Source: an uncultured Erysipelotrichaceae bacterium
GTDB taxonomy: Bacteria; Bacillota_I; Bacilli_A; RF39; UBA660
NCBI GenBank assembly: GCA_902801685.1
Contig: CADCIZ010000002.1
Span: forward strand, 1-60,454
Length of the DNA: 60,454 nucleotides
Direction of reading: 5' to 3'
In this document: positions 49,862-59,046 of the stretch, in pieces
Layout of the letters: every line of letters begins with the position of its first letter
Numbering within the stretch: position 1 is the first letter of the stretch
Position numbers and translations under genes: made by a program
The notes under the pieces: generated by a model
What the model was told of the DNA's origin: nothing
Seen by the model: the letters and a program-made list of their open reading frames with translations, nothing else
Database searches by the model: none

Positions 49862-50884
49862 TTAAATTGTATTCTTCACATTTTTTAACAATTTGTTTAA
49901 ATCATATTCTTCTGGAATAACATTATAATCTATAGAAACTTGTTTTTTACAAAAAATTGGTATATACGAACCATTTTTATTTATCTTATTCAAATTTTTC
50001 AAAACATCATATGTTCTTGAATAATAATTACACGATTCTGATTCATTAATTGCCAAATATATATGTGGAATGCCTTTTATTTTTTCTTGCACCATATATT
50101 CCTCAAATTTTCTACTTATTAATTCTTTGCTATTAGAAAAGTATCCACTAGTCTTAATTTCAATAGTTGCTAATACATCTTGTTCTTTATACATTCTATT
50201 ATTTCTATTAACATTATTTTTCAATATTAATGCATCATATTCCCATCTATTTCCTTCAACAAAACAATCTAACTGTGACACATTATAACCATTATTTTCT
50301 AATACATCTCGAACAGCCACATAAGAACAATAAGCTCTCAATTTGTTAGATGGCATACAATAATTTGTATTACCATTTTTATCAATATTTTCTTGGAAAA
50401 AGAAATACTTAAAATAGTTATAAACTGAATAATATGATATTTTATAAATACCATTCAAATATACATCTTTTGAGTCCTGATTTTCATCAATTCTTCCATC
50501 AGCCCATTTAAATAATGCACGAATATCATCATAATAATAATTATCTATATGAACTTCTAAATTTTTTAATTTCAATTTATATATATCATTATTATAATCC
50601 GTTTTTTCAATAATTCCTCTACCTAAAATTCTTTTTTCTCCATCTTTAATATATACTATATCATCTTCCAACAAATCATCATTAGATATTCCTTCGATTA
50701 TAATACTTTTTCTCGATCTAAATCCTTCTTTTTGATATTCACCAAATATTAAAGCTTTCCATTCAGCTTTTGATATTTTATCTCTAACAAAGCAATGTAT
50801 TTCCCCATTCTTATCTTTATATTCACCCATCTTAATATCAATATTCTTGTCTAAAATTATCCTATTATATTTAATACTTTTCAT
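49862..50884 (-). CDS. Hypothetical protein with possible C-terminal PD-(D/E)xK nuclease motif
   Basis: EYDALIL...IEIKTSG; start moved to MKSIK after GGAGGT (ORF track opens at 50965). Confidence 0.55.
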   Translation of the reverse strand: MKSIKYNRIILDKNIDIKMGEYKDKNGEIHCFVRDKISKAEWKALIFGEYQKEGFRSRKSIIIEGISNDDLLEDDIVYIKDGEKRILGRGIIEKTDYNNDIYKLKLKNLEVHIDNYYYDDIRALFKWADGRIDENQDSKDVYLNGIYKISYYSVYNYFKYFFFQENIDKNGNTNYCMPSNKLRAYCSYVAVRDVLENNGYNVSQLDCFVEGNRWEYDALILKNNVNRNNRMYKEQDVLATIEIKTSGYFSNSKELISRKFEEYMVQEKIKGIPHIYLAINESESCNYYSRTYDVLKNLNKINKNGSYIPIFCKKQVSIDYNVIPEEYDLNKLLKNVKNTI

Positions 50885-50993
50885 ATTACCTCCAACAACT
50901 TTTTTACATTTTATTCTAACAGTTTCTTCGTTATTCATAAAGCATATACTCCTGTATATTTTCATTATACAAAAGAGCTGTTAAAATGTAAAG

Positions 50994-51143
50994 AAAAAAG
51001 CATCTGTTCAACTTTATGTTGTTTCAGATGCTTACCCAATCATAAAGGGATGTGTCTGATTAGCAGTTCAAACGTATCCTTTTTTTATTATATGAGATTT
51101 CCTCATCTATATACATAATATCATATAATTAAATTAAATGCAA
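50994..51143 (-). ncRNA. Orphan copy of antisense-RNA unit (promoter, RNA of about 115 nt, terminator)
   Basis: Direct repeat of 51378-51526; TTGCAT-17 nt-(TG)TATTAT at 51143-51115; GCATCTG/CAGATGC terminator plus T6. Confidence 0.6.
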
Positions 51144-51188
51144 ATTCAATTTGTACAAATAGTATATTTTTTATTCATCATCCATTTG

Positions 51189-51216
51189 TTGCACCACAGT
51201 GAATTTGTGTTATACT
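51189..51216 (+). promoter_or_regulatory. Promoter of type I toxin mRNA
   Basis: TTGCAC-16 nt-TATACT with extended TG. Confidence 0.6.
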
Positions 51217-51305
51217 TAACTTGGATACGTTTGAATATCAGATGTTTTCCCTTCTGTAGGACATCTTTCTTTTATAGAGGGTTTTGACATACAGGAGGTG
51301 ATTGT

Positions 51306-51377
51306 ATGACTAAAAGAGAATTATGTTTGTTTATAATCATTTTTGTCTTACTATACCTTTTAATTAATAATAGGTAG
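51306..51377 (+). CDS. 23-aa hydrophobic putative type I toxin, missed by ORF track
   Basis: MTKRELCLFIIIFVLLYLLINNR; AGGAGGTG RBS; 5'/3' UTR complementarity; convergent antisense unit. Confidence 0.75.
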   Translation: MTKRELCLFIIIFVLLYLLINNR

Positions 51378-51526
51378 AAAAAAACATCTGATTCAACATT
51401 AGTTGATTTCAGATGTACCCAAATAAAGGGATTACATTTGATTCTAGCAATCAAACGTATCCTTTTTTATTATATGAAGCATTGCTTCTCTACATACATA
51501 ATATCATAAAATAAAATTAAATGCAA
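51378..51526 (-). ncRNA. Putative type I antitoxin RNA with its promoter, antisense to toxin 3' UTR
   Basis: TTGCAT-17 nt-(TG)TATTAT at 51526-51498; CATCTGA/TCAGATG terminator plus T7 ending at the toxin stop. Confidence 0.7.
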
Positions 51527-51552
51527 ATTCAATTTATACAAATAGTATATTT

Positions 51553-52743
51553 TCATAATAATTCATTTTTTATATTGGGATTAACTAAGGCTTTTACAAG
51601 TTTATCTATATCTTCTTTAGTATTATAAAAATATAGAGATGCACGAACTGTGTTTTTTATTTTTAATTCATCTTTTAACATCTTCGCACAATGATTACCA
51701 GCACGCACACATATATTATACTTATCTAGATAAATTGCAAGATCTTGGGGATGAATATCCTTATAATTAAATGCAATTATACCTGTATTTACAAAATCAT
51801 TATATATAACTACATTATCGATTTCTTTTAATTTATCTATCGCATACCTATGTAATTTTTTTTCATACTCATTTATATTATCAATACCAATAGAATTAAT
51901 GTAATCTATAACTTTACCAAAGCCAATAATATCCGCAATATTAAGTGTTCCTGCTTCTAGTTTAGCAGGTAGACTTTTATATTCACGTACTTTATCAAAT
52001 GTAAATGATGCATTCATTCCACCACCAAAAGTAGTAGGATACATATCATTTAAAAGATACTCTTTTCCATACATAATGCCCACTCCAGTAGGTCCACACA
52101 TCTTATGAGCAGAAAATACTAGAAAATCAATATCTAATTCTTTAACATCTACTTTCATATGTGGTACTGCTTGCGCCCCATCAACAACAACTAATATATT
52201 ATTTTTATGAGCATATTCAATTATTTCTTTAATAGGCCTAATATCGCCAATAACATTAGTTACATAAGCAAGTGATATAACCTTAGTATTTGGTGTAATA
52301 GATTTTATAACATTATCTAGTGTTACTTCATAATTATCATTTAAAGGAATATAGTCTACATTAATACCTATCTCATCAGATAGTTCAAACCATGGAAGTA
52401 CATTACTAGCATGTTCTGCTTTAGTTATTAATACTTGATCATTCTCTTTTAAATTATATTTAAAATACCCAAAGACTATTTTATTTAATGAATCTGTTGC
52501 ATTTGATGTAAATATTATCTCTTTAACATTACTTGCATTAATAAAATCTTTAACTTTATTTCTAGTACTTAGTATTTCATCATCAACTCGTAAAGCAATT
52601 TTATAATCCCCTCTTGATGAGTTAGAACAGTAGTTATTATAATAATCACTAATTGCATCTACTAACACTTTAGGTTTTAATGTAGTTGCACTATTATCTA
52701 AATATACTACATTATCTAGCATACTAAAATCATCTCTATGCAT
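51553..52743 (-). CDS. sufS: Cysteine desulfurase, SufS family
   Basis: YLDNSATT, EHASN, DGAQ, SAHKMCGPTG, EAGT, RAGNHCA, RASLYFYN. Confidence 0.92.
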   Translation of the reverse strand: MHRDDFSMLDNVVYLDNSATTLKPKVLVDAISDYYNNYCSNSSRGDYKIALRVDDEILSTRNKVKDFINASNVKEIIFTSNATDSLNKIVFGYFKYNLKENDQVLITKAEHASNVLPWFELSDEIGINVDYIPLNDNYEVTLDNVIKSITPNTKVISLAYVTNVIGDIRPIKEIIEYAHKNNILVVVDGAQAVPHMKVDVKELDIDFLVFSAHKMCGPTGVGIMYGKEYLLNDMYPTTFGGGMNASFTFDKVREYKSLPAKLEAGTLNIADIIGFGKVIDYINSIGIDNINEYEKKLHRYAIDKLKEIDNVVIYNDFVNTGIIAFNYKDIHPQDLAIYLDKYNICVRAGNHCAKMLKDELKIKNTVRASLYFYNTKEDIDKLVKALVNPNIKNELL

Positions 52744-52746
52744 AAA

Positions 52747-53583
52747 TCACCTCCAATACTTATTTAAATCATCTTCAATATTCTTCTTTATCTCATTATC
52801 CTCTATACCACTACTTAAAAAACCTTTAATAAGTAAGTTGTATGCATCCTTCTTTGATATTCCACGAGACTCTAAATAAAACAATTCATCTTCTTCAAAA
52901 TCTCCAATCAAAGCAGAATGATTAGCTGTAACCTCTTCATTATCAATATATAATATAGGCCTAATTTCACACTTATTATTAGTTAAATTAATAATTCTAT
53001 TAAACTGATTGCAAGTACAATTAGTAATGTTTTTATCTATACTAGATGATATTTGAATAGACATATTTCCACTTACATTTACTCCATGATTTTTTATATT
53101 GCTAACTGTGTTTTTATAATTATGAAATATTGCATAATCATAAGATTCTTTTCTAGTACTAATACTTTTAAATAGATAATCAATTTTTGATTCATTACCG
53201 TTTAGATTAATTTCTACCATCTCTTTTATATTATCTACTCTATTATATTTAATAACACATATCTCACTATTTTCACCTATATTATAACTATAACCTATTT
53301 TAGCATCACTACCACTTGTTATAATATATAACTTACATAATAAGTTTGCATTAACATTAATATTAATTTTTAACTTTGTAGTATTTGAATTAATATATAA
53401 ATATAAATCAGTATTATCTTTAATATCTATAGAAACTAAACATATATCAAATAAGGATTTTCTAGGAGTAAGTGTAACATTAATATCATCATTAATATCT
53501 ACACTTTTCAATTTTTCCTTATCCACTACTATTTTATTCATGAGATACCACTCTCTTAACAGCGCACGTCCCAATAGATTCAA
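52747..53583 (-). CDS. sufD: SufD-like Fe-S assembly protein
   Basis: P.LYIDNEEVTANHSA..LFYLESRGI..LLIKGF; lies between sufC and sufS; true start likely about 53541. Confidence 0.8.
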   Translation of the reverse strand: MNLLGRALLREWYLMNKIVVDKEKLKSVDINDDINVTLTPRKSLFDICLVSIDIKDNTDLYLYINSNTTKLKININVNANLLCKLYIITSGSDAKIGYSYNIGENSEICVIKYNRVDNIKEMVEINLNGNESKIDYLFKSISTRKESYDYAIFHNYKNTVSNIKNHGVNVSGNMSIQISSSIDKNITNCTCNQFNRIINLTNNKCEIRPILYIDNEEVTANHSALIGDFEEDELFYLESRGISKKDAYNLLIKGFLSSGIEDNEIKKNIEDDLNKYWR

Positions 53584-54349
53584 CTTTTTTAGAAATATAT
53601 TTATTATATCCTTCTTTTTCTATCTTTTTAACTAAAGAAAAATCTCCTGTTTCAACTATCTTACCGTTTGTTACTATATGAACAAAATCAGGTTTAATAT
53701 AATCAAGTAATCTTTCATAATGAGTTACAAGTAATATTCCTGGTTTATTTTCTTTAAAATAGTTATATACTTCATCACCTACTATTTTTAGACTATCTAC
53801 ATCAAGTCCTGAATCAATTTCATCAAGTAAAACAAATGTAGGTTTTAAAATATTCATCTGTAATATTTCGTTTTTCTTACGTTCTCCACCACTAAATCCC
53901 TGATTAACTCCACGATGTATCATATCTGGATTCATGCTTAATTTTTCTACATTCTTATCCATATCTTTGATGAATTCATATAATTTAAACTCTGTTCCCA
54001 TTTTAGAATGTAGAGCCGTGCGAAGCATGTCTGCATTAGTAACACCTTCAATTTCAACTGGAGATTGCATTCCTAAAAATATGCCAAGTCGTGCACGTTC
54101 ATCTGTTTTTAAATCGTTAAGTAATGTATCATTATAATAAATATTTCCTTCTAATATTTCATAATCAGAATGTCCCATGATAACCTTAGATAAAGTAGAT
54201 TTTCCAACACCATTAGGACCCATTATAACATGTATTTCTCCTGATTTAACCTCAAGATTAAATCCATCAAGAATTATTCTATCTGTATTTTTAATACGAA
54301 CTTTTAAATTTTCAATTTTTAATGTATTCATTATCAACACCCACAACAA
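53534..54349 (-). CDS. sufC: Fe-S assembly ATPase SufC
   Basis: MGPNGVGKST, GFSGGERKKNEILQ, LDEIDSGLDVD, PDFVH. Confidence 0.95.
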   Translation of the reverse strand: MLWVLIMNTLKIENLKVRIKNTDRIILDGFNLEVKSGEIHVIMGPNGVGKSTLSKVIMGHSDYEILEGNIYYNDTLLNDLKTDERARLGIFLGMQSPVEIEGVTNADMLRTALHSKMGTEFKLYEFIKDMDKNVEKLSMNPDMIHRGVNQGFSGGERKKNEILQMNILKPTFVLLDEIDSGLDVDSLKIVGDEVYNYFKENKPGILLVTHYERLLDYIKPDFVHIVTNGKIVETGDFSLVKKIEKEGYNKYISKKVESIGTCAVKRVVSHE

Positions 54350-54532
54350 TTATACTAGATATTAATTAAAATTAAAAGATATAATACATCTTTTTACTAT
54401 TATTTTACAATGTATAATTTTATTAAATAGTAACATTATATATATAGAATATTCGCAGATATTCATGCAAAATAGTTTAAATAATTGAACTATTTTTTTA
54501 TATTTGTTAAAATGTGTATAGGAGATGATTAA

Positions 54533-54901
54533 ATGGATTGTTTATTTTGTAAAATAGTTAGTGGTAAAATTCCTAGTTATAAGATTTATGAAGATGAGTT
54601 AGTTTATGCATTTTTAGATATTAATCCTGATTCTAATGGGCATACACTACTTATTCCTAAGAAACATTATTTAGATATGAATGATATTCCACTAGATACT
54701 TTGACACATATATTTAAGGTCGCAAAAGAATTAAAAGTTATGCTTGAAGAAAAATTAAATGCAGATGGACTAACGTTTATTCAAAATAATGGTGATGTAC
54801 AAGAAGTAAAACATTTTCACTTACATTTAAAACCATATCATAAGAATAATGATATTAAAGATGTCAAAGAAATATATGAAACATTAAAAGATAGAGATTA
54901 A
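54533..54901 (+). CDS. HIT family protein
   Basis: CLFCKIV..IP, FLDINP..GHTLLIPKKH, HFHLH. Confidence 0.92.
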   Translation: MDCLFCKIVSGKIPSYKIYEDELVYAFLDINPDSNGHTLLIPKKHYLDMNDIPLDTLTHIFKVAKELKVMLEEKLNADGLTFIQNNGDVQEVKHFHLHLKPYHKNNDIKDVKEIYETLKDRD

Positions 54902-55512
54902 CCTCTACCTTTTTTCTTTATTTTAGCATTATTATTTAATGTTTTCTTATCAAGATTTCTCATCAACTTAGATGTAGATGAATTAAGTTGATTACTAAAC
55001 CTAGTACTAAAATAGAAACCATTATTTTCGCTATTAAAATATCTATTAACAAAATTCCACATATCTTGATACAAAAATATACCCAGATTTTCTAAACTAA
55101 TTAAATCATATTCTAAATATGTTTCATATATATTAATTATTCTTTTATCTATTTTATCAGTATGACTAAAAAATAATTTTTTTCTTGCACCAACATCACC
55201 TAAGTAAGCCCTTTTTAAAAGTTCATAATATTCTTTTTTACTATTCTTACTTTTACATGATTTTTCCAAAGAAATCAACTTAGAATGTATATATTTAGAA
55301 GGATTTGCATTAGTATCATTTCTACTTACAAATTCTGTTATTCCATTTTTATAACATTCTTCTATTGTGCTAATAGGTATAATCCCATCATTTCTAATAT
55401 ATACTTTATCTATTACATAATAATAATGATTATATAAAAAGTTTATTAATTCATCATAATTATATAATTCTTTTAATTTATTATAGTTTATTGTTCTTCC
55501 CATTATTACCAC
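54898..55512 (-). CDS. Hypothetical protein, paralog of the next gene lacking its C-terminal HTH
   Basis: Shares INY.KL.E.YN...LINFL.NHYYY..DKVY.RN.G, NPSK, AYL.D..AR, DMW.F and G.YFST.F with 55506-56318. Confidence 0.7.
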   Translation of the reverse strand: MVIMGRTINYNKLKELYNYDELINFLYNHYYYVIDKVYIRNDGIIPISTIEECYKNGITEFVSRNDTNANPSKYIHSKLISLEKSCKSKNSKKEYYELLKRAYLGDVGARKKLFFSHTDKIDKRIINIYETYLEYDLISLENLGIFLYQDMWNFVNRYFNSENNGFYFSTRFSNQLNSSTSKLMRNLDKKTLNNNAKIKKKGRG

Positions 55513-56318
55513 ACAATATTCCTTTTTTTCACAATTCTCTTTACCCTGTTATTCATGGTATTTACTCGTGATCTTGTTACCCCGATTTGACTACCTGCAT
55601 ATTCATATGTATCGCCTCGTCTTAAAGATTCAAAAACAGTTCTATATTTATCATCTAGTTCTTGTGCAATAATATCTAATACTTGTTTATTTTCAATGCT
55701 ATCTACAAAATAAGAATCAGAATATTTAACATTTTCAATATTTATATTTTCTTGAATAAGTAATTCTTTATTTAAATAATTACTTATTCTATTAGAAAGA
55801 TTGTTAAGATGTTTCATAAATTCAGTACTAAAATAAATTCCAGTATTTTCCTTATCATAGAACTTAATTGTAAATTTCCACATATCCAAATACATTATCT
55901 GCTTTATATCTTCAAGTGTAATTAAAGCAACGTTTCCCATAGTTGAATACAATTCTTCTGCTTTTTTATCAATTTTATCAATTTTCTTCATAAATATTTG
56001 TTGTCTTGCATTTATATCATTCAAATATGCTTTTTTAATTAACTGTAACTGTTTGTCTTTTAACTCATCATTTTTTAAAACGTTCTCAAAACAAACCATT
56101 CTATCGTGAAAAAACTTAGATGGATTAATAGATTTATTGACATCATTTATATATTTTTTTATTAATTCTTTTAATTTTAATTCTATTAATTCTTTTTCTA
56201 TAGTACCATTGTTTCTATAATAGACTTTGTCAACAATATAATAATAATGATTATGTAAAAAATTTATTAAATCTTCATCATTATACATTTCTCTTAATTT
56301 AAAATAATTAATTTTCAT
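55506..56318 (-). CDS. Divergent sigma70-like protein (region 2-like segment plus region 4 HTH)
   Basis: LIKKAYLNDINARQQI..LEDIKQ..GIYFST resembles region 2; GDTYEYAGSQIGVTRSRV resembles the region 4 HTH. Confidence 0.55.
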   Translation of the reverse strand: MKINYFKLREMYNDEDLINFLHNHYYYIVDKVYYRNNGTIEKELIELKLKELIKKYINDVNKSINPSKFFHDRMVCFENVLKNDELKDKQLQLIKKAYLNDINARQQIFMKKIDKIDKKAEELYSTMGNVALITLEDIKQIMYLDMWKFTIKFYDKENTGIYFSTEFMKHLNNLSNRISNYLNKELLIQENINIENVKYSDSYFVDSIENKQVLDIIAQELDDKYRTVFESLRRGDTYEYAGSQIGVTRSRVNTMNNRVKRIVKKRNIVW

Positions 56319-56382
56319 ATTTACCCCCCAGCAACGAACATATTCTATCAGAAAAAGAAAAAAAATACAAATTAATGTATTT

Positions 56383-58512
56383 TTATTTCATTGCCGCTTT
56401 TCTAGATAAATTTAGTCTTCCGCGTTTGTCATAACCAAGACATTTTACAATCATATCATCGCCTACATTGGCAATATCAGTTGTTTTTTCTACTCTTTTA
56501 ACATCAAGTTCTGATATATGTACTAACCCGTCACATCCAGGCCATAATTCAACAAAACAGCCTGAATCAATTACTTTAACTACTTTACCTTTATAGATTA
56601 CTCCTTCTTCAGGAACTCTTACTACATCCTTGATCATCTTTGCAGTTTTTTCAATTATTTCTTTATCAGTATGATAAATAATTACCTTACCATCATCTTC
56701 TAAATCTACTTTAACAGCATTAACATCATTAACACTAACAACTCCTGATGCATCTTGGATAATCTTAGTAATAGTATCTCCGCCTTTACCAATGATATCT
56801 TTTATCTTTTCAGGATCTACCATAAATGTTAATGTCTTAGGTGCATACTTAGATACTTCCTTACGAGGCTCTTTAATAGTTGAAGTCATTACATCTAATA
56901 CTTTCATTCTAGCTTCTTTTGCATTAGCTAAAGCCTCACTAAGTATTTCTTTAGTAATACCTTTAATCTTAATATCCATCTGAAGGGCACATATACCATC
57001 CTTGGTACCTGCAACCTTAAAGTCCATATCTCCTAGATGATCTTCCATACCTTGAATATCAGTTAAAATAGTATAGTCATCACCATAAGTAATTAATCCC
57101 ATCGCAATTCCCGCAACTGGATTTTTAATAGGAACACCAGCAGCCATTAAACTCATACATCCCGCACAAATACTTGCTTGTGATGATGAACCATTAGATT
57201 CAAGTATTTCTGATACAACACGAATTGTATAAGGGAAATCTTCTTCACTAGGAATAACTTGTGCGAGTGCACGCTCACCTAATGCCCCATGACCTATTTC
57301 ACGTCTTCCAGGAGCACCATATCTGCCAGTTTCACCAACAGAGAATTGTGGAAAGTTATAGTGAAGCATAAATCTCTTTTCTGTCTCTAAATCAAGTCCA
57401 TCAAGAATTTGATGTTCACCAAGCGCACCCAATGTAGTTACTGATAAACTTTGAGTCTCGCCACGAGTAAATAAAGCTGATCCATGTGTTCTAGGTAGTA
57501 AATCAATATCTGCAGAAAGTGGTCTTATTTCAGTCATCTCTCTACCATCTGCACGTAATTTTTCTTTAACTACAATAGATCTAAATATTTCATATTCAAT
57601 CTCTTCTAATACTAACTTAACTTTAGTTATTTCTTCTCTTAGCTCTTCATCAGTTAAATCTTTGTACTTTTCTTCATATTCTAAAACTACATTTTCTTTA
57701 ATCTCATCTAGTTTATTATATTTCTCAAGTTTATCTTTAATACGAAGCGCAGCATCAATATCATCTTTACACTTACTTGTAACTTCTTCTTTTAGTTCTT
57801 CAGATATTTCTAATGCTTCGTACTCCATTTTTTCTTGACCAATTTCATCAACAATTTTCTTCTCAAATTCATTTAACTCTTTAATTGCATCAAAACCAAA
57901 CATTAATGCATCAAGCATATCTTTTTCTGATACTTCTTTTGCTCCTGCTTCAACCATGTTAATTGCATCAATTGTTCCTGCAACTGTTAAATCAATATCA
58001 GATACTTCTGACTGTTCAACTGTAGGGTTTATAACCAACTCTCCATCTACTCTACCTACTTTAACTCCCGCAATAGGTCCATCAAATGGTATTTTAGAAA
58101 TAGATGTAGCAAGACTTGATCCAAACATTGCAGCCATCTCAGGTGAGTTATCAGGATCAACACTTAAAATTGTATTTACAATTTGTACCTCATTTCTAAA
58201 GTTTTCTGGAAACATCGGTCTCATTGGTCTATCAATCATACGTGCAGCAAGTGTTGCAGCCTCAGTTGGACGTCCCTCTCTTTTTATAAATCCACCAGGT
58301 ATTTTACCAACTGAATATAATTTTTCTTGATATAAAACCATAAGTGGAAAGAAATCGGATAAAACATTTGCATTTTTTGATACAACAACAGTAGATAATA
58401 CTACAGTATCACCGTATCTAACTAATACTGCTCCTGTTGCTTGTTTTGCAAGTTCTCCAATCTCAACAACTAATTTTCTTCCTCTAAAATCTAATTCATA
58501 TACTTTCTTCAT
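56383..58512 (-). CDS. pnp: Polyribonucleotide nucleotidyltransferase
   Basis: DFFPL, GKIPGGFIKREGRP, HGSALFTRGETQ, RREIGHG, GDMDFKVAG, KH and S1 domains. Confidence 0.98.
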   Translation of the reverse strand: MKKVYELDFRGRKLVVEIGELAKQATGAVLVRYGDTVVLSTVVVSKNANVLSDFFPLMVLYQEKLYSVGKIPGGFIKREGRPTEAATLAARMIDRPMRPMFPENFRNEVQIVNTILSVDPDNSPEMAAMFGSSLATSISKIPFDGPIAGVKVGRVDGELVINPTVEQSEVSDIDLTVAGTIDAINMVEAGAKEVSEKDMLDALMFGFDAIKELNEFEKKIVDEIGQEKMEYEALEISEELKEEVTSKCKDDIDAALRIKDKLEKYNKLDEIKENVVLEYEEKYKDLTDEELREEITKVKLVLEEIEYEIFRSIVVKEKLRADGREMTEIRPLSADIDLLPRTHGSALFTRGETQSLSVTTLGALGEHQILDGLDLETEKRFMLHYNFPQFSVGETGRYGAPGRREIGHGALGERALAQVIPSEEDFPYTIRVVSEILESNGSSSQASICAGCMSLMAAGVPIKNPVAGIAMGLITYGDDYTILTDIQGMEDHLGDMDFKVAGTKDGICALQMDIKIKGITKEILSEALANAKEARMKVLDVMTSTIKEPRKEVSKYAPKTLTFMVDPEKIKDIIGKGGDTITKIIQDASGVVSVNDVNAVKVDLEDDGKVIIYHTDKEIIEKTAKMIKDVVRVPEEGVIYKGKVVKVIDSGCFVELWPGCDGLVHISELDVKRVEKTTDIANVGDDMIVKCLGYDKRGRLNLSRKAAMK

Positions 58513-58567
58513 ACATACCTCCTCAAAATAAAGACACTCAAAAAAGAGTGTCCAAATGTTTTATAAA

Positions 58568-58837
58568 TTATTTTCTTAACCCTAATTCTTTAACAATTTT
58601 ACGATATCTAGTAACATCATGTTTAATTAAGTAATTAAGTAAACTCTTTCTTTGACCAACTTTCTTAAGTAATCCTCTTTTAGAATGATGATCATGTTTA
58701 TGTTCTTTAAAATGTTCAGTTAAAGAATTAATTTCTTCTGTTAAAATAGCAATTTGTACTTCAATAGAACCAGTATCAGTTTCATTTTTTCCAAACTTTT
58801 TAACAAGTTCTGCTTTCTTTTCTTTATTTAAAGCCAT
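58568..58837 (-). CDS. rpsO: 30S ribosomal protein S15
   Basis: [36 protein letters not shown]. Confidence 0.98.
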   Translation of the reverse strand: MALNKEKKAELVKKFGKNETDTGSIEVQIAILTEEINSLTEHFKEHKHDHHSKRGLLKKVGQRKSLLNYLIKHDVTRYRKIVKELGLRK

Positions 58838-58861
58838 AATATTCTCCTTTCATCTAAATTC

Positions 58862-58906
58862 ACTTAAACCTAGTATAATGCAGGAGACATCAAACCAAGA
58901 TTAAGT
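58862..58906 (-). promoter_or_regulatory. Probable S15 autoregulatory leader hairpin
   Basis: Long stem ACTTAATCTTGGT/ACTAGGTTTAAGT in the rpsO 5' UTR, downstream of TTGCAA-17 nt-TATATT. Confidence 0.5.
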
Positions 58907-59046
58907 AGCACATATAATATACTATAAAATTGGATGAATTGCAAGTACTTTTTTATTTTTATTCTTCCATCTCAAGACTGTCTAAATCAAAATATTCTGA
59001 TAAAGTATCATTTACATCATTCTTTGTATTTTCATCATTTGCCTTA

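Noticed and set aside
51272-51454. 60-aa minus-strand ORF
   Set aside because: Crosses the antisense terminator and lies opposite the better-supported toxin ORF
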